Assembly: GCF_001194135.2 (NCBI RefSeq)
Contig: NC_068983.1
Coordinates: forward strand, 142,972,796 to 143,036,795
Length of the DNA stretch: 64,000 nt
Reading direction: 5' to 3'
Source: Octopus bimaculoides
Lineage: Eukaryota
The notes beneath the pieces are model-generated. The model did no database searches and was not told where the DNA came from. It saw nothing but the letters and a program-made list of their open reading frames with translations. Shown here one piece after another: positions 25,131-37,937 of the stretch. Position numbers and translations under genes: made by a program. The first letter of the stretch is position 1. Every line of letters starts with the position of its first letter.

Positions 25131-26727
25131 TAGAAACATTAAGGTTAATGTTTTATTCTTATAGTCATCTCAACTATCTACATATCTATTAGTATATAGT
25201 AATGTTTTTCTTAAATTGCTAAAAGCCACAAAATGTGTAAGGGGTAAGTATAATTAGCTAAATCAATTGATCTAGTATATTACTAATAGACTACAGTGAT
25301 GAAGGTAAAGTTAACACTGGAGGGATTTGAACTGTGGATGCAGGAGAATGAGAATTACTAATTCATCCAGTTATTTATTCTTTTGGCCACACCAAAAGAA
25401 TAATAAATGAATATACCAACCAATGAAAGAGCTTTTAAGAAGTTACTCAACTTGCTAGAAATTAACAAGTAAATTTTACTGAAATCACAATCTTTAAAAA
25501 GAAAAAAAAAAAGAAAACTAACAAAAGACATTGGATAATGTAGTTCCAGATATACTGTCTAACAAGAAGACAAAAGGGTCATGGTTGTAATGCCTTTAGT
25601 AATTACACATTTTCCATTGAAGTTGACCTGGAATTAAACAACACTGAATGAATGAATATGCCCATCTTCATGGCTGAGGGTTGGGTGCCTCAAATGCAAT
25701 TACCACTCATTTCCATACACTGCAGTCATACACCCTACCAGGGTCCTTCTCATCCAGTCCTTCATGTCATTCTCTATAGGTAATTATTTAAACTATATTT
25801 ATTCTTCATACCTGCCCGTATCTCACCTTCATGATTCAGACACCTTCACAACACTCTTGTTACTGTTGATAGTGTCCATAAGTAAGGTCAATGTTGTCCA
25901 GATACATTTCTTCTGAGAAAAACAGGATAGTCACCACTAGAACATATTTTTGCCTAATCAAGGCTGACATAGGTCCTGGATAAAACTATGAAATTTTCTA
26001 GTAAACAATTAAAAAGATAATGACGTAGCCAACAGATAAAAGTACTCAATATTGATACTAAATACTCTGAACGAAGTTGTATTCTACTAAATTACTAAAC
26101 TAATATTGATTCAGTTTGATTTTCAGAATTTTTTGTGTCTGTAGTTTCAATTCCCCTATGCTTTCATTTATTAGAATTCATGGTGAACCCAATATATGCC
26201 CATCCAATCCTACTATTATTCTAAGGTCTCCCTTCTAATCAAGAAATCATGAAGGTAACAGGTATTAATTTCTTCTCCGAATATTATCCAATTTCATAGA
26301 AAATTAAGTTCCCTGTATTTTTGGATAGTAGATTTTTTCTTTTTATTTGTTTTTATTTTGTAACTAGCCTCTATTATTTGCAATGACAATCTTTTTTATG
26401 TTTTTTCTATGTAGGGATGTTGTAAAAGAAAAGCAATATGGATCATTTGAAAATCTTTTACAATAGCAAATATCCTTCTTTAAGTCAAGATTTTATATTA
26501 TTTTTAAGTACAAGCAAAGCTTTACTCATTTCATGTAATTATCTATCTCCTTTGCCAGTGATATCTCTTATATTTATCTGGTCTTCTTAACTTTGGCTTT
26601 ATTTGTCTTCAAAAATGTTCTTGTCATTGATAAAAAGAAAAAAATCGAAAATATTAAAACAAACAACCAAAGTTATAAACTGAAATCATAAAACCTTGAT
26701 ACAAGAACTGTCAAACTTCTTATCTGT

Positions 26728-26765
<38 letters not shown>

Positions 26766-27293
26766 GTGGATGTGTATGTGTGAATACATAAATATGCATG
26801 TACACAAACCCATATTTAAATAACTCCAGGGGAGCTGCTTCAGTGTAAAGTAATCTTCTTTACCAGCACCAGGATTATTTTTTTTAGTTTTCTTTATGTT
26901 TCTCTTTGCTTTTTGTCTTTTTCACTTTTATATAATATTATTTTTTATTGTCATTTTTTATCAGTCTCAGCATCATAACCCAAAATCTGTGTTTCTCCCC
27001 TAACATCTGTCAATATTTATTGTAGCTTTCTAACCAGCTCTACCATTCCACTTCCATACATAACACAACTTCAGAAACCTTTTTTTTTATTTTCATTTTC
27101 TTTTAATATTTCTTTATGTTTTTAATATTTTTGAACTGAAAGAAACTACTACTAGCTTCATTCAGTCTCCCACATCTCTCTCAATATCTTGCTTTTACAG
27201 CTTAACTTGACTATGATTATTGGCTATGATATTTTCTTCAGCGTGATGATATCCACAGATTGTTCCATATATATATATATATATATATATATA

Positions 27294-27666
27294 NNNNNNN
27301 NNNNNNNNNNNNNNNNNNNNNNNNNNNNNNNNNNNNNNNNNNNNNNNNNNNNNNNNNNNNNNNNNNNNNNNNNNNNNNNNNNNNNNNNNNNNNNNNNNNN
27401 NNNNNNNNNNNNNNNNNNNNNNNNNNNNNNNNNNNNNNNNNNNNNNNNNNNNNNNNNNNNNNNNNNNNNNNNNNNNNNNNNNNNNNNNNNNNNNNNNNNN
27501 NNNNNNNNNNNNNNNNNNNNNNNNNNNNNNNNNNNNNNNNNNNNNNNNNNNNNNNNNNNNNNNNNNNNNNNNNNNNNNNNNNNNNNNNNNNNNNNNNNNN
27601 NNNNNNNNNNNNNNNNNNNNNNNNNNNNNNNNNNNNNNNNNNNNNNNNNNNNNNNNNNNNNNNNNN
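27294..27666. other. Assembly gap flanked by (TA)n
   Basis: N run. Confidence 1.
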
Positions 27667-28350
27667 ATATATATATATATATATATATACATATATGAAA
27701 TACATTGATTGGAATCATTTCGTGCTCCCCCCCCCCCTGCACACACATACATTGGATAATGATCCAGAGAGGTCTGAGTTGTCTAAAGAAGCAGCGATAA
27801 GAGGAAACTCAAGTAAAATAAGAGACCACTGGATTGGCTTAAATAAAGGTGTGCATGTGTGTACTATGTATCCATGTTTTTTTTTGTACAAAGATGATGT
27901 GCACTGTGTATATTATATACATTCATAGAGGAGTTTATATATGTTTATAGAATTAAATGAAAATATGTTAATATGTGTACATCAGTGTGTGTGTGTGTGT
28001 ATGTGAGAGACAGAGAGAGAAAGTGCATATGTGTGTGTGTATGTGTGTGTGTGTGGTGGGGGGGCTGATATTTATTTTATCAGTTTTCTGTGACCTGTGC
28101 AAACATGGAAAAACTGTTAAGTCAGTGATGAGAGTGATTATTAGTATTTTAACTGTTGAGAAGTCTGAGAAAATGGTTAACCAAAAACCTATTTGCTTCT
28201 CCAACACACTTCTGGAATCATTGACTCTGTACCTTATCTTCCAGTTTAATGCCATTATATTTGTATGTGTATGTATGTATGCATGCATGCACACACATGT
28301 GTTCATGTGTGTGTATGTGTATATATATCTGTATATATCTACACACACAC

Positions 28351-28394
<44 letters not shown>

Positions 28395-28438
28395 ATATAT
28401 ACAATATGTGTACACTGATGTACACATATTACATATAT

Positions 28439-28536
28439 NNNNNNNNNNNNNNNNNNNNNNNNNNNNNNNNNNNNNNNNNNNNNNNNNNNNNNNNNNNNNN
28501 NNNNNNNNNNNNNNNNNNNNNNNNNNNNNNNNNNNN
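28439..28536. other. Assembly gap flanked by (TA)n
   Basis: N run. Confidence 1.
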
Positions 28537-30095
28537 TATATATGTATATATATATATATATATTTTGCAATATTAGTTCACACAACCCTCCCAACCTGGT
28601 TGTACCAAGAATTATATTAGCTAAATAATTGCTACACTTGTAATTAACTTTTTTTTAAACGCACCTTAGCTTCTTTCTACATCTGCAAAAATGCTTGCAC
28701 TTCTATCCACAGCACTAAATCTCATGTGTGCACACAAACATACGCATACTACTATACATGCACAAAAGGTGTATGCAAAAACTGTGTCATGCTTACTGTT
28801 CTTTGCTTCCTTCCTTAATTTTTAAAACTTTTTTCTTCACTTGTTTGTATATTCCTTACTTTATGTAATGTATTTTTCATATTGCTCTTATCATGAATGA
28901 ACAACACCAGTATAACAAAAGAAAAAAAAAGAAAAAAACTTCTGTCTTAATAATCCCAACTAGAAATATTATTTTTTTATAAACAGACTTTTATGTAATT
29001 CTTAGAGAAATAAATTATGAAATTATCTCACTTCTTGTAATGCCAGTTTAAGTACATATGTTTTTTAAAACAGTTTCACCGATGAAAAAAGTCCCAGTAA
29101 ATAGACTTCAATCATTCTAACAAAGATTTGTATTTTTTTCCTTTCTTTCTCTTCCATTTCTCTATTTCTTTCACCCCCCCCCCCCAACATCATTATATAC
29201 TTATCTGATTTGCTACATATTCCATCTAAAAACCATATGATTCAAGTTAGTCGGGCATAGTGAAAAAATTTTACACATGCACATCCATATGTACACACAC
29301 ACACACACACACAACCTTTTATGGAGAATTTGTCATGTAATAGAAAATTTCTTTATTTTCTTTTCTTACTTTATTCTTTTAACTGTTTTATGAAGAATTA
29401 AGAATATCATTCTAGTACATGCTGCATCTCTCAATTTTAACCAGTCCACTTAAAGACTTGTTTCTGTTGCCTTTCGACCCACTCCACCTCCTCTCTGTTT
29501 CCAACCACACACACACACACACACACACACATGAGGGGGTGAATATAAGGCAGGCATTGAATAAAAGTGACAAATATATGGTGGATGATATAGGTAGAGA
29601 GGAAGCTGTGACAAGTTGAAAGCAAAGAAGAGTAGGGAGAGAGATAGATTGATAGGGAATAAGAAAGAGGTTGAAAGAGGTTGAATGAGATGTACATTGA
29701 ACCTGAGATGTACCAAGATAAAGAAAGGAAAGGGAGATAGCAGATAATTAGGTGGTGATAGAGGGAATGAGATATAAGGAGAGAGATACCAAGAGATAAG
29801 GAATCAGTATATATTCACAGTAAGGGAGAAAGTAAATAAGTACTATAAGGAAGCAGTGTGTATACACAGTGAGGGAGAAAATAAATAAGTGCCAAAACTA
29901 GTAATTAAGTCACAAAGATTAGGACTCTTCTTCAGAGCCAGTAAATATTTAATTCCTCAGCAGTTGGCTGACCCTTTAGAACCCTACCTAGGAGAACTAC
30001 TCAAATCTATTGAATTGTTCTACTGAAACATGCAAACATCCAAACCAAATCCAAAAGTGTTAGTAATTTGACTAACACAGTAAAGATTGACTTAC

Positions 30096-30208
30096 CAATA
30101 CTTTACAACCTCTAGCTGATATGCTGTTTCTTTTCTCTGCCTCTCTGTAATGGCCTCTGCCCCTCTGAATTCACTAACTGTATGTCTTTGCCACTCAGGT
30201 TTATTCAT
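30096..30208 (-). CDS. Candidate start-codon exon (coding part; whole exon 30096-30300) of a minus-strand gene, weakly tektin-like
   Basis: Acceptor gtatttctag| at 30301, donor TG|gtaagt at 30095. ATG at 30208 opens MNKPEWQRHTVSEFRGAEAITERQRKETAYQLEVVKYW to the donor. A further minus-strand donor AAG|gtaaat lies upstream at 30565. Confidence 0.55.
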
Positions 30209-30479
30209 CTTAGCTGTCTACCCTCTGTCAAGCATATTTTATCACAACTTCCACCATCTGCATTAAGCACTTTGTTAGTAAAACAGACGGTTTCATTTTC
30301 CTAGAAATACAACCTTATGGAATTCCCTCTCTCATATTTCTTACAGACAATGACATATAGATGAGCAAGTTGATATTAACCACATCTATATAGCCAGTTT
30401 GGGAGGGTTACCCTTTTCCTGTGACTAAGTTGTAAAAACTCCATATGTATACATACATGCTGCTAAATATAACAGCACT

Positions 30480-30640
30480 TGTGGTTTCATGGCAAATAAG
30501 TCGAAAGGTAAGCTACTATAAATCGGCACGAACTTTCCGGACAACCCAATAGTTTACTGATTTACCTTTTGAAAGCTGTGTCTATCAATAAGCATTACAC
30601 TTCTGACTTCAGAGACGATAAAAACGTTCAGAAATAATTT
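30480..30640. promoter_or_regulatory. Possible promoter/first-exon region (local CpG enrichment, ETS-like ttccgg, donors on both strands)
   Basis: Several CpGs in about 130 bp against a CpG-poor background, a plus-strand donor AAG|gtaagc at 30508 and a minus-strand donor at 30565. Confidence 0.3.
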
Positions 30641-31790
30641 TGTCTGAACATGACCTAGACTGATTTTAATCTTGAACATGTCTATATTGATGTCTGTGAG
30701 AATAATGATGCCATTGGCAGAAGTTTTCAATCTATATAACTCAATAACACATTTTGTGTATGTAGACGTACTGAGTCTGACAATGTAGGAAAGTATGTCT
30801 AGCCAAAGAGGGTATATCAGTAAAAAAAAATTATGTTTTAATTCTCATAAGAATTATTTTAGCCTTAGCAGAGCAAAGTTACGTGTTCTCTTAGTCAAGA
30901 CAGTCACACTTTATAAAACTCTGTTACATACAGAAGGTGGTGTTGCTTTGACAAAAAGTTACTGAAGTTAATTACACATTACACAATGCAGCATATGTAG
31001 TAATACCATTTGCTTGTATAAACATACAAGTTAAAAAACAAGTTGTCAATCCCAAAGGAACTTCTGTAGTAGTAATATCTTTCATTTCTTCTTTTATGTT
31101 GGGACTGCAAATAAATAATAGATATAATCAAAAAACAAAAAAGAATAAATGATATCAAGAATTATAATAATAGATGCACTACTAACTCTTTAACCGCTTC
31201 TCTAGTTATCCTGAGATATCTTGAATTTTGATAATGTTATTTTTTGGGGGAATGGCATGAGATATCTTGTGAAAATGTGTTGTTATAAAATGAACTAATA
31301 ACATATTTTGTGGTTTTCCAAACTTGCTACATCTTTCTGACACATGCATTTGTGATATACTTGTCCAGAATTATACTAATGTGCATAATACTTCACACCA
31401 AAGAAAGGAAATGTCTGCATCACTAAAAAAAGAAAAGCTGAGGAGGAATGAAATTTTTGCTTTTCGGTGAGGAAAAGTCTTGGTCCTAAAATGGAAAAAT
31501 AAAAAAAAAAGATTTATTCCTTTTGTCTACAGTTCCCATTCCAGCTATGAAGAAAGTAATTATGTGGACAAAAGTTGTGAAAATATCAGAAGCTTTTGCT
31601 TCTACAACTTAACATATGGAGGAAGTTGGCAAGGTCGACCAGCATTTCAGTGATTAGCTAACATCTGATGAATCTTACAAGATGGAATTCATACATCCTT
31701 TATAAATCATTTCCCATAACTGATGATGACTAGGAGGACAATAATAATCACGAACAAGGATGATGCAGCAGCTGCACAAAAGCCTCTTAC

Positions 31791-31918
31791 CTTATGATTG
31801 TTGCACAATCAACTGCAATACAGATTGCAGTTGATTGTGCAACAATCATAAAGTACCATTGGCATATTCCACATTGAAAAGTTAAACCCTCAACATCTCC
31901 TATGAGATATTCCCCCAA
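31791..31918 (-). other. Candidate 128-nt minus-strand exon containing a perfect 28-bp inverted repeat
   Basis: Acceptor tattttttcttcatag|, donor AAG|gtaaga; open only in phase 0 (LGEYLIGDVEGLTFQCGICQWYFMIVAQSTAICIAVDCATII). Inverted arms at 31792-31819 and 31824-31851. Confidence 0.5.
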
Positions 31919-32172
31919 CTATGAAGAAAAAATATCCAGCATGACAATGTAAAGTTTATGCATGAAATGAGACAGAAGCAGAAAACAAAAATGTCTTGAA
32001 GAATCCTGATATGTGTGCCCAATCTGTAATGTTCTTCTATGTGTAACATCATGTTACCAAAATTGCCATATCAAACACAAGATTCCTGTTTCTTGCAAAT
32101 ACAATTATATTTATCTTCTTTCTTGTTTCTTTTTTATTCCTTTTTCTGCTTTCTTACAATTATAATCAGAAA

Positions 32173-32208
<36 letters not shown>

Positions 32209-32719
32209 AAAAAAAAACTGAGATACCTCATGATTGCCTGAATGGGTTTCTATTGTGTATTGTATATTCATTAAAAAATCATAAAATATTAAGAATATTT
32301 TCAACCACAATCACAAAAAGCTTTCATTTTAAGTAAAAAAAAAATTGATTCAAAATGAAACACTTTCTAAAAAATAATTCATCTGGAAAAGAGTTAAATA
32401 ATTTTGATACAGCAAATAATAAGTATCACGCTGTTCCCTTAACTTTGTTTGTTTGTTTGTAATGTGCTGAGAGATAAATAAGATCAATATGTTTTTACTT
32501 TAAATTCTCCTTTTATTATAGGACAAATACATATCCAAGATATATTCACAGTTATAAAGCATCAAGTCACAGAAAGACAGTTGACCTCTAAAACAGTCCA
32601 ACATGTAAGGCATCTTATTCCACATGTTCAAAGGCATAAAATCAGTAACCGATTTGTTATGGTAATAATGTCACTACTTGTAGCTCAGTGATTTCAGAGA
32701 AAGGCAAGTATAAAGACAC

Positions 32720-32812
32720 ACATGCACGTACACATGCATGCACACATGCATGCACGCGCACACACACACACACACACGCACGCACACACACACACGCACA
32801 CACACACACACA

Positions 32813-32873
<61 letters not shown>
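32720..32873. repeat. Compound (CA)n/(CG) microsatellite, the internal tract of a SINE B copy extending to about 32995
   Basis: Directly visible, followed by ttctttcagcttct...aaatcc...tagtagaagacactt. Confidence 0.9.
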
Positions 32874-32875
<2 letters not shown>

Positions 32876-33204
32876 GACACTTCTTTCAGCTTCTCTCTAT
32901 CAAATTCAGTCACAAAGCTTTGATCAGCTACAGTAGAAGACACTTTCCCAAGTTGATGGGCAATGGGATTGTACCTGAAACCATATGTCTGGGAAGCAAA
33001 CAAGGAAACATAAATGAGATACTTAGATTAATTTCATTTAGCATCTGTTGTGCACTAATATCACTATTCCCACCATACAATATACCAAACCCACAAAAAT
33101 TAAATGTCACTGTTTTTATTCAAACCCAAGTTGCCCTGATCAAGCAGATCTAGGATTTGAAACATTTCTATTCTTTTATTCTTTTTTTTAAATTCTTTTT
33201 TTTG

Positions 33205-33360
33205 TTTCAGTCATTTGACTGCAGCCATGCTGGAGCACTGCCTTTAGTTGAACAAATCATCCCCAGGGCTTATTCTTTGTGATGTAAACACACCAACATC
33301 GGTTGTGAAGTGATGGTGGTGGTGGTGGTGGTGGGGGCATCAAACACAGACACATACACA

Positions 33361-33416
<56 letters not shown>

Positions 33417-33730
33417 TATATGACAGGCTTCTTTCAGTTTCTGTCTACCAAATCCACTCACAAGTTGTTGGTCAGCCCGAGAATATAGCAGAAGACACTT
33501 GCTCAAGGTGCCATGCAGTGGGATGAACCTGGAGCCATGTGGTTGGTAAGCAAGCAGGCAGACAAATGTCTGGGACCCAGTGAGGATTTCTTATTTGCGA
33601 AAAGAAAAACAATATCAAATAGCAAAATCCCGCTAAAACCCCCAAAAAACTGATGCCTACCTCACAGTCGCACCGTCAACGTTCTTCACTTCAAGAGCTA
33701 CTTACCACACAGCCACTCCTGTGCCTATGA
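33205..33730 (-). mobile_element. SINE family B with internal (CA)n and a 143-bp foreign insertion (33556-33698)
   Basis: The family sequence ggtaagcaagc|tacttaccacacagccac is split by unrelated sequence. Confidence 0.8.
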
Positions 33731-35859
33731 TCATTCCATTTTCATTTCAGACATAGCATATTCAAAACTATTTTTTCCAGTGTGTCTTTCTGCACTTGGA
33801 AGGTAGTAGGGTATGTTTAAAGGGAGATATGGTTCTTGAAGGTCCAGTAAAAACTTCTTTGCTTGCTTGATGGAATGCTTATATGTCCACTCTAGTACAT
33901 AAAAGCTAATGAATCTAGGACATTCACATTTTTTTCCAGAATCAATGATTATGAAACATTTTTATTGTATCTTTCCTTAGCAAAAGTTTTAATATTGATA
34001 TGTGGCTTATTTCAAGTCAATATACACACATATCAATGTGCAATATGCAGTAAACATTAATAATTTATTCTGGATAAATGACATAACTATGCAAGATATT
34101 TATAATTTTCAAAACAAAATTATGTTACTTTTAGGAAAACATATTTAAGTATGACAGACCCTGTTTTTCCTTTACTGGGTGTTACATTATTCTAGCGTGT
34201 TTTTTCTCTTTGTAGTGCAACAGAATACAATAAGGATCCTGCAACAGAACCAGGCTTACAACATAAGCAGTTATATCAAACTTAAAAACCCTTGTAAAAT
34301 ACAAATTAGACTTTTAAAATTCTGAAGGAATATCACCTACTGGAACCATAAATTAAAAGTAAATGTGTGGATGATCTCTTAAGAGAAAATGTATTTTAAA
34401 AAAATCAAGTCTTAATAACTATTTATGTTTTTTATAACCTATAAATTAGCTTATTTTTCTCTTTGTATTTCAATAAATGTTGAGCATCTCTGAGTAGAAA
34501 ATGACAAGCTAAGTTTAATACCTAGTTTATTGGAGCCATTTCACTATGAATAGGTTGCTCCCTGCCTTAGGAAAGACAGGAACAAAAACAATTTCCATTT
34601 CTTCTTCTCTGGAAGACAAAAGGACTAATCATTCATAATAACAACCTCCTAATTATGAATAGTGAAGCAATTGGCTCTAGTTATTATTCTATTTGCATGA
34701 GATAAATGGAATATTGAATGACTGATTGATTTTTCTTTCAATAAGTTGTTCATGTTGAATGGGAAATTAGCATTTGTGTAGCTAAAATGTTTTTGATGAA
34801 GATTTCAAAATAATTCAAACATTGAGAATGCTGGAAGCATAAACAAATCATTTAGAATTAGACAGCTAATAACTCTCTTTCAAAGAAAGTTAGCAATACA
34901 AACCCTGGGAAAAGATGTTGCATCTGTAACTAGCTTCAATTCTATCCACTCCAGAGTGGACATAAAAATGAATGAACTAACTCTTTGTCTGTCTCTTTTT
35001 CACTCTTAATTTACCAATAAATTAATTGTCAGGTAAATGAAGGTAGAAGTGTTGTCTGTCTTACCCAGGGCCCATCACAGTGTTAGTAACAGAATAAATA
35101 CTCTTGATTCTTCTGTCAACGGGACATCCTTTTATCCACTTAGTTTTCATGACACTTTTCCTATATATTAAAGGATCTTAGTTAACCAACATTGAACTGA
35201 TGATGAAGGGCTAAGATAAATATGTTTTGACTTGAACTCTATAATGAGAAACCCTCTGAACCAAATTTGGAAAATAAAGTATCCTGTCCAACACTCTAAC
35301 AACAGCACAAACTATTATTGTTGCTCAAATGAAGATTTTGATACTGATACTGACATCAAAAAAGGGATAGTTTTGAAAACGATGAGAATTGCTTTCTAAC
35401 CTGGATGTTGAATAGTGAAGTAAAGCGTAAAGGTATGTTTGAATATTGATTATTGCTTTTGACTTAGCAGAAGATCAATTTTTTTAAAGATGAGAGGTAA
35501 AGTTATTTGAATAAAATATAGAATTTTGTGGTCATTTTTATTGATCGTCAGACAAACAAAAAGTGGGAATTCTACCTAAAAGTTTGAGATAACAAATAAG
35601 TTAGAGCAAAGCATCTAGTTTACCAGTTAAATTTGTCTGAGGCATCTTTCACTGTCCCTAAATATGTTTGAATATTAAAAACTATTTCATACATTGAATA
35701 ATAGCTAAAACAGCTTTATGAAATACTGCATATATTTGTATGAACAAATGCTTTTTATTCCCATAGAATTGAAAGATAACACCAGAAAATTTTCTGTATT
35801 ATACTGCAATATATCTGCTTGTGTATATGAATATAAATGTAAATATATGCAGAACTTTG

Positions 35860-36125
35860 TAGTTAAGATGTTTGCTTCCCAACCACATAGTTTCAGGTTC
35901 AATACCACTGTGTGGTACCTTGGGTAAATGTCTTTTATTACAGCCAAAGGCTGAATTAATCCTTGTAGGTGGATTTAGTAAGAAGAAACTGTAAGAATCC
36001 CTTTGTGTGTGTGTGTCTGTCCTAGTCTTGACATTAATTGATTGTTATAAATGAATGTCATCCATTTCCAATATTCTGTAAAAATATGTCTGGCCATGGG
36101 AAAATATTATCTTGCTTGGAAAGAC
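35860..36125 (+). mobile_element. Decayed SINE family B
   Basis: ttgcttcccaaccaca...ggttcaataccactgtgtggtaccttgggtaaatgtctt matches the 5' part of 57900-58530. Confidence 0.7.
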
Positions 36126-36375
36126 TCTGCATTAATTGCAAATTGCAAATTAACGAATTTCAAGATTAAAATCTTAAATAGGTTTTCTTCTATCTTCAGT
36201 GCAATATATGTAAAAAATATATGAACATGTGCTTATACATACCCATAACAAAGCGAGTTTATATATATAATTATTAATTTAATATATAAATTGGTATGAA
36301 TTGCTTTTTTCAATGCTGACTACCTGATAATTATCATTAACGTGATTTTTATCCTTATTTCATGAATATGTATGT

Positions 36376-36673
36376 GAGCGAGATCGTTGCCAGTGCCCCT
36401 GGACTGGGTCTTGTGCGGGTGACACATGAAATGTTTTGAGCGGGATCGTTGCCAGTGCCGCTGGACTGGCTCATGTGCGGGCGACACATGAAATCTTTCG
36501 AGCGAGATCATTGCCGGTGCCCCTGGGCCGGCTCCTGTGCGGATGACACATGAGGTTTTTCGAGCGGGATCGTTGCCGGTGCCCCTGGACTGGGTCATGT
36601 GCGGGTGACACATGAAATGTTTTGAGTGGGATCGTTGCCAGTGCCCCTGGACTGGCTCATGTGCGGGCGACAC
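36376..36673 (+). repeat. 62-bp GC-rich tandem array (at least 5 units, running into a gap) derived from the SINE A internal module
   Basis: Units start at 36376, 36438, 36500, 36562 and 36624 (gagcgggatcgttgccagtgcccctggactgg...gacacatgaaatgtttt). Confidence 0.95.
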
Positions 36674-37193
36674 NNNNNNNNNNNNNNNNNNNNNNNNNNN
36701 NNNNNNNNNNNNNNNNNNNNNNNNNNNNNNNNNNNNNNNNNNNNNNNNNNNNNNNNNNNNNNNNNNNNNNNNNNNNNNNNNNNNNNNNNNNNNNNNNNNN
36801 NNNNNNNNNNNNNNNNNNNNNNNNNNNNNNNNNNNNNNNNNNNNNNNNNNNNNNNNNNNNNNNNNNNNNNNNNNNNNNNNNNNNNNNNNNNNNNNNNNNN
36901 NNNNNNNNNNNNNNNNNNNNNNNNNNNNNNNNNNNNNNNNNNNNNNNNNNNNNNNNNNNNNNNNNNNNNNNNNNNNNNNNNNNNNNNNNNNNNNNNNNNN
37001 NNNNNNNNNNNNNNNNNNNNNNNNNNNNNNNNNNNNNNNNNNNNNNNNNNNNNNNNNNNNNNNNNNNNNNNNNNNNNNNNNNNNNNNNNNNNNNNNNNNN
37101 NNNNNNNNNNNNNNNNNNNNNNNNNNNNNNNNNNNNNNNNNNNNNNNNNNNNNNNNNNNNNNNNNNNNNNNNNNNNNNNNNNNNNNNNNNNNN
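36674..37193. other. Assembly gap
   Basis: N run. Confidence 1.
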
Positions 37194-37425
37194 AATTGCA
37201 AATTAACGAATTTCAAGATTAAAATCTTAAATAGGTTTTCTTCTATCTTCAGTGCAATATATGTAAAAAATATATGAACATGTGCTTATACATACCCATA
37301 ACAAAGCGAGTTTATATATATAATTATTAATTTAATATATAAATTGGTATGAATTGCTTTTTTCAATGCTGACTACCTGATAATTATCATTAACGTGATT
37401 TTTATCCTTATTTCATGAATATGTA

Positions 37426-37730
37426 TGTGAGCGAGATCGTTGCCAGTGCCCCTGGACTGGCTTTTGTGCGAATGGCACATAAAAGACACCATTTCGAGTG
37501 TGGCCATTGCCAGTACCGCCTGACTGGCCTTCGTGTGGGTGACACGTAAAAGCACCCACTACACTCTCTGAGTGGTTGGCGTTAGGAAGGGCATCCAACT
37601 GTAGAAACTCTGCCAAATTAGATTGGAGCCTGGTGTTGCCATCCAGTTTCACCAGTCCTCAGTCAAATCGTCCAACCCATGCTAGCATGGAAAGCGGACG
37701 TTAAACGATGATGATGATGATGATGATGAT
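37426..37730 (+). mobile_element. SINE family A with (GAT)n tail
   Basis: Near-identical to 54240-54528. Confidence 0.9.
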
Positions 37731-37811
37731 GTATGTATATGTAAATATTTAGTCTATAAAAGATATAATACCCAAAATATAGTAACATAACTTTTAAAAT
37801 ATATATATATA

Positions 37812-37858
<47 letters not shown>

Positions 37859-37937
37859 TAAAATAATTAATAAAATAATTAATAATTTAATTCATATCTG
37901 TTGAATCTCTCCATTTTGAAACTTATTAATTATATAT

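Noticed and set aside
26559-26691. TM-like frame DISYIYLVFLTLALFVF...KKKK
   Set aside because: Explained by a T-rich followed by an A-rich tract; no donor and no confident phase link.
27768-27848. Phase 1-1 segment with WIGL (C-type lectin-like)
   Set aside because: Poor acceptor and donor, and no other lectin motifs or cysteines.
27189-28620. ORFs of 150-220 aa spanning gaps
   Set aside because: Open only because of N runs and (TA)n/(CA)n tracts.
29890-29940. Minus-strand hammerhead (CTGAAGA, stem II, palindromic ACTAGT)
   Set aside because: GAAA is absent and stem I does not pair; at best a very old fossil.
31664-31700. CTGATGA-ATCT/AGAT-GGAA hammerhead-like motif
   Set aside because: GGAA in place of GAAA and no stem I or stem III.
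35197-35271. Hammerhead-like CTGATGA...GAAC with palindromic ccaaatttgg
   Set aside because: Core mismatches and no stem I.
36376-36673. CRISPR-like or coding GC-rich array
   Set aside because: A tandem 62-bp SINE-derived unit without spacers; its ORFs are repeat translations.
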